The translations under genes were made by a program, and so were the position numbers. The notes under the pieces are model-generated. The model was not told where the DNA came from. It did not search any database and worked only from the letters and a program-made list of their open reading frames with translations. A stretch of 64,000 nucleotides of DNA from Candidatus Omnitrophota bacterium. Its GTDB lineage: Bacteria; Omnitrophota; Gorgyraeia; Gygaellales; Profunditerraquicolaceae. The stretch lies in contig JAQURX010000004.1 in NCBI GenBank assembly GCA_028715415.1, forward strand, positions 20,933 to 84,932, written 5' to 3'. Every line of letters starts with the position of its first letter. The stretch's first letter is position 1. Below, in pieces: positions 28,393 through 37,814 of this stretch.

Positions 28393-29472
28393 TTATTTTA
28401 AAACTTTCTTGATCACTGCTATGAATTTTTCGTTTTCTTTCCGTGTTCCGATAGTAACCCTGATAAAACTTTTTAAGCCATATTGCTGCATGTCTCTTAC
28501 TATGACCCCGTATTTAAGCATTTCTTTAAATACTTCCACTCCATCTTTTCCCGTATCAATAAGTATAAAATTGGTAACAGTAGGGACAAAAGAAACATTT
28601 AAATCCCTTAAGTTCTTATAAAGAAACTTTTTCTCAATTAAATTGTTCTTCTTAGTAGCAGCCAAAAATTTGGAATCTTCCAATGCAGCAACAGCTGCCA
28701 CCTGAGCCAAGCTATTTACGTTAAAAGGCTGCCTTACTCTTTCCATAAAAGAAACTAATTCCTCTTTAGCAATAGCAAATCCAATTCTAAGGCCGGCTAA
28801 CCCGTAAGCCTTGGAGAAAGTTTTCATAACAATACAGTTATTCATTTGAAAATAGTTTATGCCAAAGGGGTAATCAGAGGTATCAATAAAAGTATCGTAC
28901 GCTTCATCCAAAACAAGGATTACGCTATTCGGGAGAGTAGATAAGAAATCTTCCAATTCAGCCTTTGAAACAAAAGTCCCTGTGGGGTTATTTGGATTAG
29001 CAATAAAAACCAACTTTGTTTTTCTGTTAATCTTATTTTTAATTGCCGTTAAGTCATATTTAAAATTCTTTAAAGGGACAGTTATGACCTCTTTATTGTT
29101 TACCTTGGCAATAATTTCATATTCCAAAAAAGTTGACCCGGAAATAATGATATTTTCATCATCCTCAACGAAAGTCTTAATAATTATATCAATAATCTCA
29201 TCAGAACCATTCCCTAAGATTAAATTCTGAGGATTAAGACGAAGTTTCTTGGCTAGTTTATTCTTTAGATAAAAAGAGTTGCTATCAGGATACCTATTTA
29301 TATTTACCAGGAAATCTTTAATCGCCTTAAGTGCTTTTGGAGAAGCGCCCAGCGGATTCTCATTGGAAGCAAGCTTAATTACTTCCTTTAGGCCAAATTG
29401 GCGTTTTGTTTCCTCAATCGGCTTTCCGCCAACATATGGAGTAACTTTAAGAATATTTTTCCTAACTAACAT
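28393..29472 (-). CDS. hisC: Histidinol-phosphate/aromatic aminotransferase (class II PLP aminotransferase, HisC family)
   Basis: LASNENPLG N-terminal motif. 359 aa. Embedded among pheA, aroF and tyrA, so it probably serves Phe/Tyr transamination. Confidence 0.75.
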   Translation of the reverse strand: MLVRKNILKVTPYVGGKPIEETKRQFGLKEVIKLASNENPLGASPKALKAIKDFLVNINRYPDSNSFYLKNKLAKKLRLNPQNLILGNGSDEIIDIIIKTFVEDDENIIISGSTFLEYEIIAKVNNKEVITVPLKNFKYDLTAIKNKINRKTKLVFIANPNNPTGTFVSKAELEDFLSTLPNSVILVLDEAYDTFIDTSDYPFGINYFQMNNCIVMKTFSKAYGLAGLRIGFAIAKEELVSFMERVRQPFNVNSLAQVAAVAALEDSKFLAATKKNNLIEKKFLYKNLRDLNVSFVPTVTNFILIDTGKDGVEVFKEMLKYGVIVRDMQQYGLKSFIRVTIGTRKENEKFIAVIKKVLK

Positions 29473-29484
29473 TTTTACTTTCCT

Positions 29485-30549
29485 TTACTCACTAACCGGA
29501 TAAGAACCTAAAACTTTTAAAAACTTACATTTATTTTCTAATTCCTGAAGCGCTTTTTTTACTTTTGGATTCTCAACATGCCCTTCCAAATCAACAAAGA
29601 AATAATAATCCCATGCTTTTCTTTTTGAAGGGCGGGATTCTATTTTCGTCAAATTTATTTTATATTTCTTAAAAGGCAGCAGCATCTCATGCAAAGCGCC
29701 TACCTTATCTTTAATCAAAAAGAGGATTGATGTTTTATCGTGCCCGGTCGGGCCGGCATCAGTGTTTCCAATAACCATAAAACGGGTAATATTATGCGGG
29801 GAATCTTCAATGTCTCTTGCCAACACTCCCAGCTTATATTTCTTTGCCGCAAGCAAAGAAGCAATGCAACCGGAATTTTTTTCTTTTGTTGCAATCTGGG
29901 CAGCTCTAGTAGTGCTTGAAACTTCAATCTTTTCAACCGCCGGCATATTCTCCTGCAGCCAAATCCTGCATTGGCCGAATACCTGTTGGATTGTATAGAC
30001 GCGTTTAATTTTATTTTTAGGGCAATTCGCCAAAAGATTATGCGAAATATCCAAAACTATCTGGCTGCAAATCCTTAAATCAGATTCCACAAACATATCC
30101 AGAGTATAACTAACTGCCCCTTCAATGGAATTTTCTATAGGGACTACAGCATAATCAGCATTGCCTCTTTCAACCTCAAGAAAACAATCAGTAATATTCT
30201 CACAAGGGATATATTCAACCTGCGAACCAAATCTTTTTAAAGCAGCTAAATTACTGAAACTTGCTTCCGGTCCTAAATAAGCAATCCTTAACGACTTTCC
30301 AAGGCTAAGGCTGCTTGACATTATCTCTCTATAAACAGCCCAAAGCGCTTCTTTAGGCAAAGGCCCTTTATTTAACAAGCTGATTCTTTTTAATACCTCA
30401 ATTTCACGATCCGGAGAATAAGAGCTCTTTCCATTTTCATGTTTTATTTTTGAAATTTTAAGCGCCAAATCCGTACGGGCATTCATTAAATCAATAAGCC
30501 GCTTATCAATACTATCAATTTTATTACGCAATTTGTTTAGGCTCATCAA
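29485..30549 (-). CDS. pheA: Bifunctional chorismate mutase / prephenate dehydratase with ACT domain
   Basis: N-terminal CM_2 helix (LRNKIDSIDKRLIDLMNARTDLALKI), PDT core, and a C-terminal ACT domain. Confidence 0.85.
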   Translation of the reverse strand: MMSLNKLRNKIDSIDKRLIDLMNARTDLALKISKIKHENGKSSYSPDREIEVLKRISLLNKGPLPKEALWAVYREIMSSSLSLGKSLRIAYLGPEASFSNLAALKRFGSQVEYIPCENITDCFLEVERGNADYAVVPIENSIEGAVSYTLDMFVESDLRICSQIVLDISHNLLANCPKNKIKRVYTIQQVFGQCRIWLQENMPAVEKIEVSSTTRAAQIATKEKNSGCIASLLAAKKYKLGVLARDIEDSPHNITRFMVIGNTDAGPTGHDKTSILFLIKDKVGALHEMLLPFKKYKINLTKIESRPSKRKAWDYYFFVDLEGHVENPKVKKALQELENKCKFLKVLGSYPVSE

Positions 30550-31168
30550 CTAACTCCTTTGCCTTTTCTTGCTCTACATTGTCTTCAGCAAGATTCTGAT
30601 TTTGCGCAGTTAATTCATCTAACCCATTTTTTAGATCCTGCGCCTCCAATTTTGTAAAATCTTCCATTTTTGGCAAATCATTTAAAGACATTAAACCGAA
30701 ATGCTCCAAAAATTTCTTTGTTGTGCCATATACATAGGGAGAACCGGGTGCTTTTTTTCTACCTGCTATCTTTATAAGGTCTTTCTCTACCAACGAAGAC
30801 ATAACGCCATCAATATTAACTCCTCTTAAAGATTCAATCTCAATGCGGGTTATCGGCTGCTTATAAGCAATTATTGCCAAGGTTTCTAAAGCTGGTTTTG
30901 ACAACCTTTCAGTATGGCGCTCTTTAAATAGCTTCTTTAAGAATGGCGCAAAGTTTAAAGAGGAAATCATTTGATAGCCTCCGGCAACCTCAATAATCGC
31001 CATTCCGCGGTTTGAGTCCTTATATTCTGTTTTTAGATCCTCAATTGCTTTTCGGATAACTGAAACATCAATACCATCAAGGGCTTTTTTAATCTGCTCT
31101 AATAGAAGCGGCTTTTCACACGCAAAAAGCAAAGCTTCGATTGCACTTTTAATATTATTTTCTTCCAT
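30524..31168 (-). CDS. scpB: Segregation and condensation protein B
   Basis: AIEALLFACEKPL N-terminus and the winged-helix repeat typical of ScpB. It has an acidic C-terminal tail. Confidence 0.8.
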   Translation of the reverse strand: MEENNIKSAIEALLFACEKPLLLEQIKKALDGIDVSVIRKAIEDLKTEYKDSNRGMAIIEVAGGYQMISSLNFAPFLKKLFKERHTERLSKPALETLAIIAYKQPITRIEIESLRGVNIDGVMSSLVEKDLIKIAGRKKAPGSPYVYGTTKKFLEHFGLMSLNDLPKMEDFTKLEAQDLKNGLDELTAQNQNLAEDNVEQEKAKELVDEPKQIA

Positions 31169-31189
31169 AAGAATATCCCCTAGCTGTTG

Positions 31190-31816
31190 TTATCCAACCC
31201 TTTTTTGCTTATAGACGAAATTTAACAAATCCTCGGCTGTTTTAATACTATTAGATTCCTCAAGAGCCTTCTTAATCATAGACAAGGCTTCTGATTTTTT
31301 ATATTCCAGCTGCATAAGCACAGCAAGAGCTTCTTCTTCAAAATCTTTGGTTTCTTTTATTTCAAGGCTTATTTTATTATCCTGAATCAGCCCAAATTTT
31401 CCCACTTTATTCTGCAACTTAGCAACGATTTCTCTTGCTCTTTGCTCGCCTATACCCGGCAAAGATTTCAAAAAAGACACATTCCCCTCATCTATTGCTT
31501 GGGCAATCTGTGAAATCGGCTTATTAAGCGCCTTTAATGCAGCCCGAGGGCCGATACCGGAAACCGTAATAAAGACTTGAAAAAAATCTTTTTCAATATC
31601 ATTTAAAAAACCGATTAAAACCGGAATACTTTTTGATTGTTCAACCTGATGATAATGGAAGGTAATTAGATTGATATTTCCGTCCGGAGCCGTAAACTCA
31701 TCCATTCTTTGCATCACGGCTTGAGGAATAAGCACCTCGTAACAAAAGCCTCCAACGCTAACCGTCAAATAATTATTGCCTTTTTCAACTATTTTTCCGG
31801 AAATCCGCGAGATCAT
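31190..31816 (-). CDS. ruvA: Holliday junction DNA helicase RuvA
   Basis: MISRISGKIVEKGNNYLTVSVGGFCYEV ... and the HhH motifs. Upstream of ruvC. Confidence 0.85.
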   Translation of the reverse strand: MISRISGKIVEKGNNYLTVSVGGFCYEVLIPQAVMQRMDEFTAPDGNINLITFHYHQVEQSKSIPVLIGFLNDIEKDFFQVFITVSGIGPRAALKALNKPISQIAQAIDEGNVSFLKSLPGIGEQRAREIVAKLQNKVGKFGLIQDNKISLEIKETKDFEEEALAVLMQLEYKKSEALSMIKKALEESNSIKTAEDLLNFVYKQKRVG

Positions 31817-32295
31817 ATTTTTAACCTCGATATATAGCTATGCGAAATAGCTAACGCCAAAGCATCGGTAACATCAAAAAATTTCGGGACAGAATCCAAA
31901 TTTAAAATATTTACTACCATACTCTGGACCTGCGCCTTGGAAGCAAGCCCTCTTCCAACAATAGCTTTTTTAACTCTCGTTGCCGCATACTCAAAAACGG
32001 GAATGTTTTTTTTAGCACAAGCTAAAGTTATTACCCCGCGGGCATGCCCCAAAATAAAAGCTGTAGTCGGATGGGCATAATGCGCGTATAATTTTTCAAG
32101 AACTGCTACATCCGGCTTTGTATCATCTATCAATTTCGTGATGCCGGTATAAATTTTATCAAGGCGCTTTGCCAAAACCTCTTTCGGAGAGGTAGAAATT
32201 ACCCCTGCTTCAAGCAGATTAAAAAATCTCTTATCTGCTTGGATAACGCCATAACCTGTAATTGCTAATGCCGGGTCAATACCCAGTATTATCAT
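31813..32295 (-). CDS. ruvC: Crossover junction endodeoxyribonuclease RuvC
   Basis: MIILGIDPALAITGYGVI is the canonical RuvC start. 160 aa. Confidence 0.9.
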   Translation of the reverse strand: MIILGIDPALAITGYGVIQADKRFFNLLEAGVISTSPKEVLAKRLDKIYTGITKLIDDTKPDVAVLEKLYAHYAHPTTAFILGHARGVITLACAKKNIPVFEYAATRVKKAIVGRGLASKAQVQSMVVNILNLDSVPKFFDVTDALALAISHSYISRLKI

Positions 32296-33051
32296 TTAGT
32301 CTTCGTTTGCTGCCTGTTCAAGGATTTCATCAGGAATATCAAAATTAGCATACACCTGCTCTACATCATCATGCTCTTCTAATGAATCAATTAACGACAA
32401 AACCTGCTTGGCTTCGCCGCCAGTTACTTTTACTGTTGAAGAAGGAATCATGGTTACTTCTGCATCCTGGCATTTAATACCCTTTTCATCAATAGCCTGT
32501 TTAACTTTTTCAAAGTTCTGGGGAGAAGTTGTGATTTCATAATTTTTCTCATCAACCTTCATATCCTCAGCACCAGCTTCAAGAACCAAATTCATCAAAT
32601 CATCTTCTTTGGCAAGCGACTTTTCAATTAAAAAATAGCCTTTCTTTGTAAACATCCAGCTTACAGCTCCGGCGCCTGCGAAACTTCCGCCTTTTTTAGA
32701 CATGATATTCCTCAATTCGGCGCTTGTGCGATTCTTATTGTCGGTCAAAGCTTCAACGATAATCGCAACACCTCCCGGGGCATATGCTTCATAAACTACA
32801 TTCTCATAAATAACTCCAGGGAGTTCTCCTGTTCCACGCTTAATTGCCATTTTCACGTTGTCCGAAGGCATATTTGCTTCTTTTGCTTTCTGCATTATAG
32901 CGCGAAGCCTCGGATTAGTATCCGGGTTTCCTCCGCCATCACGTGCGACAACAGTTAACTCTTTAATAATTTTTGTGTAAGTAGCTCCCTTTTTAGCATC
33001 AGCTACCGCTTTTTTACCTTTATTTGTCTTCCATTTAGAGTGACCTGACAT
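32296..33051 (-). CDS. yebC: YebC/PmpR family DNA-binding transcriptional regulator
   Basis: MSGHSKWKTNKGKKAVADAKKG... is the hallmark N-terminus. 251 aa. Confidence 0.9.
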   Translation of the reverse strand: MSGHSKWKTNKGKKAVADAKKGATYTKIIKELTVVARDGGGNPDTNPRLRAIMQKAKEANMPSDNVKMAIKRGTGELPGVIYENVVYEAYAPGGVAIIVEALTDNKNRTSAELRNIMSKKGGSFAGAGAVSWMFTKKGYFLIEKSLAKEDDLMNLVLEAGAEDMKVDEKNYEITTSPQNFEKVKQAIDEKGIKCQDAEVTMIPSSTVKVTGGEAKQVLSLIDSLEEHDDVEQVYANFDIPDEILEQAANED

Positions 33052-33107
33052 TTCATTTCCCCCTTGTTTATTTCTGTTTTAAAAAGATACTTTCCAAAAA
33101 TTTAAAA

Positions 33108-33568
33108 GGCAAGCAGAATAAGCCGAGTTTTGTATCAATGCGAATTCTTGCGCATCCAAGTGATCATTTCTCTCGATCCTGGGCTTTTTCCCAGGACTCT
33201 AGCAGTTTACCCTCCCGTCCAGATATCTTTTCCATAATATCTAAAAGCGGACCACTTTCAACTCGCTTTAATAGCGAGAAAAACGGGACTATTGCACCTT
33301 ACTCCACGCGGGGTTTTCCGTCCAAACTGCATCACTGCAGCTTAGGGTAGTCTCTTACACTGCCTTTTCACCTTTACCCCCACACCAATTTTTATATAGC
33401 AGATGCTATAGCAAAATTGGTGTGGGGGAAGTTTATTTTCTGTGGCACTTTCCATGGCTTTGAAAAATTTCAAAACCCCTCTCAATTAAAGAGCGCGTTT
33501 GTCCTCTGGAGCCCGGACTTTCCTCCCCCGCACCAATTAAGTGCGGAAGCGACCACCTTCTGCTTGCC
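33108..33568 (-). ncRNA. rnpB: RNase P RNA, bacterial type A (rnpB)
   Basis: The minus-strand RNA contains GGAGGAAAGUCCGGGCUCCAGAGG (P4 5' strand), GGUAAAGGUGAAAAGGCAGUGUAAGAGACUACC (P10.1/P11 region) and ACAAAACUCGGCUUAU (P4 3' strand). The termini GGCAAGCAGAA / UUCUGCUUGCC pair as P1, and a P3 hairpin CCGCAC-uuaauug-GUGCGG is present. The region has no credible ORF. Confidence 0.9.
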
Positions 33569-33982
33569 TTAATTTTTACTTTTTACTGCCTTCTTAATCG
33601 CTAAATTAGCCAATTTATCCGCGCCAGAATTTTCTTCTCTTGGGATATGCTTCACGCAGACTTCTTCAAACCCCTGTATCAAACGAATTGCTTGGTTATA
33701 CAAAGGTATGATGTTAGGATGTTTGACTTTATAATCTTTGTTAATCTGCCTTGCGAGCAATTGGCTATCTGTATTAATCTGAAGAATTCTTGCCTTTAAA
33801 ATTAATGCTTCCTGCAATCCATAGATAAGCGCTGTATATTCAGCAACATTATTTGTAGCATTCCCAATAAAATCAGAAATATTTTTTACAACTTCCCCAC
33901 CTGAACACAAAACCACCCCTATACCAGCAGGCCCGGGATTTCCTTTTGACGCGCCATCTATATATAAATCAATCTTATTCAT
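33569..33982 (-). CDS. rnhA: Ribonuclease HI-like protein (short type-1 RNase H)
   Basis: DGASKGNPGPAGIGVV ... NNVAEYTALIYGL ... NTDSQLLARQI ... GADKLAN places the DEDD catalytic residues in the RNase H fold. 137 aa. Confidence 0.7.
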   Translation of the reverse strand: MNKIDLYIDGASKGNPGPAGIGVVLCSGGEVVKNISDFIGNATNNVAEYTALIYGLQEALILKARILQINTDSQLLARQINKDYKVKHPNIIPLYNQAIRLIQGFEEVCVKHIPREENSGADKLANLAIKKAVKSKN

Positions 33983-33991
33983 TGATAAAGA

Positions 33992-34708
33992 TTATTCCAC
34001 AAACAAGATCCTATTGCATATTTCACAAGTAACCAAACGTTCATACATTTTTATTAAATTTATTACCTGAGGAGGGACAAACATATTGCAGCCTCCGCAA
34101 TTATTCCCTTTTACCGCAACAATTGCCAGGCCATCGCGGTTTAGAAGAATCCTATCGTATTGAGATAATATCTTTGGGTCAATTTCAGGCAAAACTTGTT
34201 TTCGCTGTGCTTCTAATTGGGAAAGCCTATCGTCAATTTCTTTAATCCTGTCTTCAACTTTTTTCTTTTCACCAACAAAAACCTTTTCTTCTCCCTTAAG
34301 CCTTTCTTTTTCAGCTTCAACTTCTTTTTTCGCTTTATCCGAAAGGTCAAACAATTCTAAAATCTTATCTTCAATAACAGAACCGTCTGCTTTTGAATCC
34401 TGGATCTGCTGCAGCATCGCCTGATATTCTTTATTTGTCTTAAGAGCATATAGTTGGCCTTGAAGTTTCTTTCCTGCTTCTTCCTTTGAAGCCAACTCCA
34501 ACTCTTTATCTTTTCTCTGTTTCTGAAAATCAAGAAATTTCTTTTCTAACTCCGCTAATCCTTGTTTTTTAGCCTCAAATGATGCTTCCATTACCTTAAT
34601 TTCAGCAGGCTTAGCGGTTTTTTCGTTATTTAGAGTATAAATCTCACTATCAATTGCCTGTAATTTTACAAGGCTACCTATCTGTGTTCTTAAATCAACA
34701 TTAGACAA
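33992..34708 (-). CDS. COG1579-type coiled-coil protein with C-terminal C4 zinc ribbon (start corrected to the TTG at 34708)
   Basis: The C-terminus CGGCNMFVPPQVINLIKMYERLVTCEICNRIL has the Cx2C...Cx2CxRIL ribbon. A long coiled-coil precedes it. The ORF-track N-terminal 38 codons overlap two tRNA genes. AAGGAGA lies 7 nt before the TTG start. Confidence 0.65.
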   Translation of the reverse strand: MSNVDLRTQIGSLVKLQAIDSEIYTLNNEKTAKPAEIKVMEASFEAKKQGLAELEKKFLDFQKQRKDKELELASKEEAGKKLQGQLYALKTNKEYQAMLQQIQDSKADGSVIEDKILELFDLSDKAKKEVEAEKERLKGEEKVFVGEKKKVEDRIKEIDDRLSQLEAQRKQVLPEIDPKILSQYDRILLNRDGLAIVAVKGNNCGGCNMFVPPQVINLIKMYERLVTCEICNRILFVE

Positions 34709-34733
34709 GATATACTCTCCTTTTTTATAAATA

Positions 34734-34807
34734 TGGGCGCAATAGGACTCGGACCTATGACCTCTACAATGTGAATGTAGCGCTCTAACCAACTGAGCTA
34801 TGCGCCC
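34734..34807 (-). tRNA. tRNA-Val (anticodon CAC)
   Basis: Minus-strand GGGCGCAUAGCUCAGUUGGUUAGAGCGCUACAUUCACAUUGUAGAGGUCAUAGGUUCGAGUCCUAUUGCGCCCA folds into a cloverleaf: 7-bp acceptor stem, GUUCGAGUC T-loop, anticodon loop UUCACAU. Confidence 0.9.
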
Positions 34808-34813
34808 GTAATC

Positions 34814-34886
34814 TGGGCCCACAGGGATTTGAACCCCGGACCAAGTGATTATGAGTCACCTGCTCTGACCACTGAGCTATGGGCCC
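34814..34886 (-). tRNA. tRNA-Met (anticodon CAU; elongator or tRNA-Ile2 lysidine type, not initiator)
   Basis: Minus-strand GGGCCCAUAGCUCAGUGGUCAGAGCAGGUGACUCAUAAUCACUUGGUCCGGGGUUCAAAUCCCUGUGGGCCCA has a perfect 7-bp acceptor stem and a GUUCAAAUC T-loop. It lacks the three G-C pairs of an initiator anticodon stem. Confidence 0.9.
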
Positions 34887-34976
34887 CGAAGCAGATTAGT
34901 TAGAATGATCCCCACAGCAGACTAAATTCATAGCCATAGGACCATATTATAAATCATTATTACCTTAAGATTTAAA

Positions 34977-35005
34977 ATTATACACGAAATTTAAGTATAA
35001 GGCAA
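34977..35005 (-). promoter_or_regulatory. Sigma-70-type promoter for the tRNA-Met/tRNA-Val/zinc-ribbon/rnhA/rnpB unit
   Basis: Minus strand reads TTGCCT-17 nt-TATAAT. The predicted start is about 80 nt upstream of tRNA-Met. Confidence 0.55.
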
Positions 35006-35038
35006 GAAAAAATAAGCACCGCAATGGGTTAGAGAAGC

Positions 35039-35575
35039 TTATTCTTTAATAAACCTATCCCCGGTCCAAACCCATGTAGCCCATTTAATCTCTTTAATCT
35101 GGCAGGACCCATCTACTTTGGTAATATTCCTAGCTACTCTTATACGCGGGATAGTTGAATCAAATTCTGTTTCTATCCCTGAATCACTGCTAATTTCAAA
35201 AATCTTAACTAAGTTCATATTCTTTAGCTTATGGATCGTAAAATAAGTACGGTTACTATCATCTTTTGACCGGACAGCAATTTGTTTACATCCATCCATA
35301 TCTAATTCTATAAGCTCCAGATTAGAAAAATGGCCGGGAACAGAAAAACTCCCGATTTCACCCTTGTCTTTTCTCATTACCGCAACACGGCCCTTAGATA
35401 CCTGGTCTTTTTGATCTTCAGCGGTAACAATCTCAATCAACATATCACCATTTAAATCGGCTTTCTTAACTACAAATACTTTATTATCCTTCGTTTTATT
35501 ATTAACACTTCCACTTGAAGTAAGGCAACCAGAAAGAAATAACGCTAAAAATAGATAAAGAAACTTTACTCGCAT
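35039..35575 (-). CDS. Hypothetical lipoprotein (lipobox LSGC)
   Basis: MRVKFLYLFLALFLSGCLTSSGS is a signal peptide with a lipobox. No recognisable domain. Confidence 0.5.
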   Translation of the reverse strand: MRVKFLYLFLALFLSGCLTSSGSVNNKTKDNKVFVVKKADLNGDMLIEIVTAEDQKDQVSKGRVAVMRKDKGEIGSFSVPGHFSNLELIELDMDGCKQIAVRSKDDSNRTYFTIHKLKNMNLVKIFEISSDSGIETEFDSTIPRIRVARNITKVDGSCQIKEIKWATWVWTGDRFIKE

Positions 35576-35577
35576 TG

Positions 35578-37809
35578 CTATCCTCGCTTTCCCCTTCTTT
35601 TATTGGGTTTTTTTGCTTGGAGAATCTTTAAGAATATTGAAACAATTGAAGGGTCAAACTGCGAACCTGCCCCCTCCTCGATAATCTTTATCGCGTCTTT
35701 CTTGGAAAATGCTTTACGATAAGGCCTGTCGCTTATTAACGCCTGGAAAACATCAGCAATAGCGATAATGCGAGCGCCCATCGGTATTTCTTCTCCTTTA
35801 ATTCCACTCGGATAACCCTTTCCATCCCATCTTTCATGATGATAAAAAATAAAAGGTATCAAACCATGCAAAAACTGAATTGGCCTTATAATATCAGCGC
35901 CAATCTGAGGATGCTTCTTTATCTCTTCAAATTCCTTTTTTGAAAGCTTTGATTCTTTAAGTAAGATCTTCTCGCTAATTCCAATTTTTCCTAAATCATG
36001 CAGCATAGCTGCTTGTTTAACCAATTCTATTTCTTCTTTAGGCAGTGCGAGTGCTCTTGCGATATCCGTAGCATACTGGACGGTGTTTTCCACATGCTCT
36101 CCAGTATAACGGTCTTTTAACTCAATCGTCTTTGCAAAAGCGAATATTGATTCTACAAGGCTTTGATTGGCTTTTTTTGTAAGTTTATCAATCCTGCCTT
36201 TAAGCACTTTAACTACCGGAGTTTCTTTGGCTTTAGAAACCTTATTTTGTTTTTCTTTTTTCAAATCCAAAGATGAATAAACCCTATTGCCGCCAAATTC
36301 TTTAACTTTATTTAAAATATGATCTGCCAAATTAATTAAATCAACTCCTTTAATTGCTTTATCTTCAGGGTAGCTTGATACTGACAAGCTAAGTTTCAAT
36401 TTAACAGTATGTTCCTTATCGCCAAAGTTATAAAGATTTAATGCATCTAACAACCTTTGAGCTAAATTTAGCGCCTGCGGCCTGTCAATACCCGGAGAGA
36501 CAATAACAAATTCCTCTCCTCCGTATCTAACCACAATATCATAACGGCGAACCATATTCTTCAATTGTTTTGCAAATTGTTTTAATACCAAATCTCCAAA
36601 CTGATGACCATAAACATCATTTATAGATTTGAAATAATCAATATCCAGCATAATAACGGCAAGCCCATGCGCATATCTTCTTGCGCGGAAAAACTCTGCT
36701 TCAATTGCGTTCTCCAAATAGCGGTGATTATAAAGGCCGGTATAAGAATCAAAGAGAGACAATTCTTTAAGTTTTACATTAGAATTAAGAAGCTCTTCAT
36801 TTAGCTCAGCTAACTTTTTATCTGCTAATTTTCTATATGTAATATCCCTGATTATTGTTAGCACCTGCCGCACTTCCCCTTCAATAAAAATAGGGATTTT
36901 GCGCGTCTCAGTAACAATTTCTCTATTAGAAAACTTAGTGACTTCTTCACTAAGGAGAGACTCTCCTGTTTTGAAGACTTTACTATATTCATTTTTAACT
37001 TTTTCAGGGAGAAAAGGGAAAACTTCAAAAATACTCTTCCCCGCCATTTCTACATCCAGGCCTAAATTCTTATTCCAATCTACAAAAGAAGAATTAAAAA
37101 GAACAATCTTTAAATCTTTATCAACTACGTGTATGGCGTCGGAAATTGAATCAATGGTAGTGCGGTACTGTTGTTCCGAATTACGCAAAGAGACTTCAAT
37201 CTTTTTTCTTTCTTTAACTTCCTTTAGCAAGTCTTCGTTTGTTTTAGTTAATTCTGCTGTTCTTACCTTAACCCGGATTTCCAACTCCGACCTTGCCTCG
37301 CGTAATCTGTCCTCGATTAGCTTGCGTTGGCTAATATCCCTTGCAATGCCGGTAGTCCCGATTACATCTCCATTGCTATTATAAATCGGTGTTTTAACGG
37401 TCTCTATCCATTTCACATTTCCTTGTTTATCAATTAATTTTTCTTCAAAACTCTCGCGTTTCTTTTTATCCATTACTTCTTTATCATCATTTCTGTATTT
37501 TTCTGCTAGCTCACGCGGCCAAATGTCAAAGTCAGTCTTGCCAGCCAACTCTTCCGAACTTAAACCGCATGACTTACTGAACGAATCGTTAACGGCGACA
37601 AACCTGCTTTCTTTATCCTTAAGCCAGGCGATATCTGGAATATTATTAAGGATGGCGCGTTGCTGAAGTTCAATCTTACGAAGCTCATCTTCAACACACT
37701 TAAACTTGGATTCTGTCTTTTCCAGTTCCGTCAAACGGCTCTGCAAAGATTTTATCTCTTCGTTTAACTGCTCTTCGGTCTTGTTATCAAAATTTGACTG
37801 CCCGGGCAT
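35578..37809 (-). CDS. PAS/PAS-GGDEF-HD-GYP cyclic-di-GMP signalling protein
   Basis: Coiled-coil N-terminus, two PAS-like segments, a GGDEF domain (RYGGEEFVIV) and a C-terminal HD-GYP (HD ... HHERWDGKGYP). Confidence 0.8.
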   Translation of the reverse strand: MPGQSNFDNKTEEQLNEEIKSLQSRLTELEKTESKFKCVEDELRKIELQQRAILNNIPDIAWLKDKESRFVAVNDSFSKSCGLSSEELAGKTDFDIWPRELAEKYRNDDKEVMDKKKRESFEEKLIDKQGNVKWIETVKTPIYNSNGDVIGTTGIARDISQRKLIEDRLREARSELEIRVKVRTAELTKTNEDLLKEVKERKKIEVSLRNSEQQYRTTIDSISDAIHVVDKDLKIVLFNSSFVDWNKNLGLDVEMAGKSIFEVFPFLPEKVKNEYSKVFKTGESLLSEEVTKFSNREIVTETRKIPIFIEGEVRQVLTIIRDITYRKLADKKLAELNEELLNSNVKLKELSLFDSYTGLYNHRYLENAIEAEFFRARRYAHGLAVIMLDIDYFKSINDVYGHQFGDLVLKQFAKQLKNMVRRYDIVVRYGGEEFVIVSPGIDRPQALNLAQRLLDALNLYNFGDKEHTVKLKLSLSVSSYPEDKAIKGVDLINLADHILNKVKEFGGNRVYSSLDLKKEKQNKVSKAKETPVVKVLKGRIDKLTKKANQSLVESIFAFAKTIELKDRYTGEHVENTVQYATDIARALALPKEEIELVKQAAMLHDLGKIGISEKILLKESKLSKKEFEEIKKHPQIGADIIRPIQFLHGLIPFIFYHHERWDGKGYPSGIKGEEIPMGARIIAIADVFQALISDRPYRKAFSKKDAIKIIEEGAGSQFDPSIVSIFLKILQAKKPNKRRGKRG

Positions 37810-37814
37810 ATTTT

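Noticed and set aside
33138-33350. 70-aa plus-strand ORF inside the RNase P RNA locus
   Set aside because: The region is fully explained by a type-A RNase P RNA on the opposite strand; the ORF is chance open frame in GC-richer structured RNA.
34814-34886. Considered initiator tRNA-fMet
   Set aside because: The anticodon stem (GGUGA/UCACU) lacks the three consecutive G-C pairs, and the 1:72 acceptor pair is a normal G-C. Elongator Met or lysidine-modified Ile2 is more likely.
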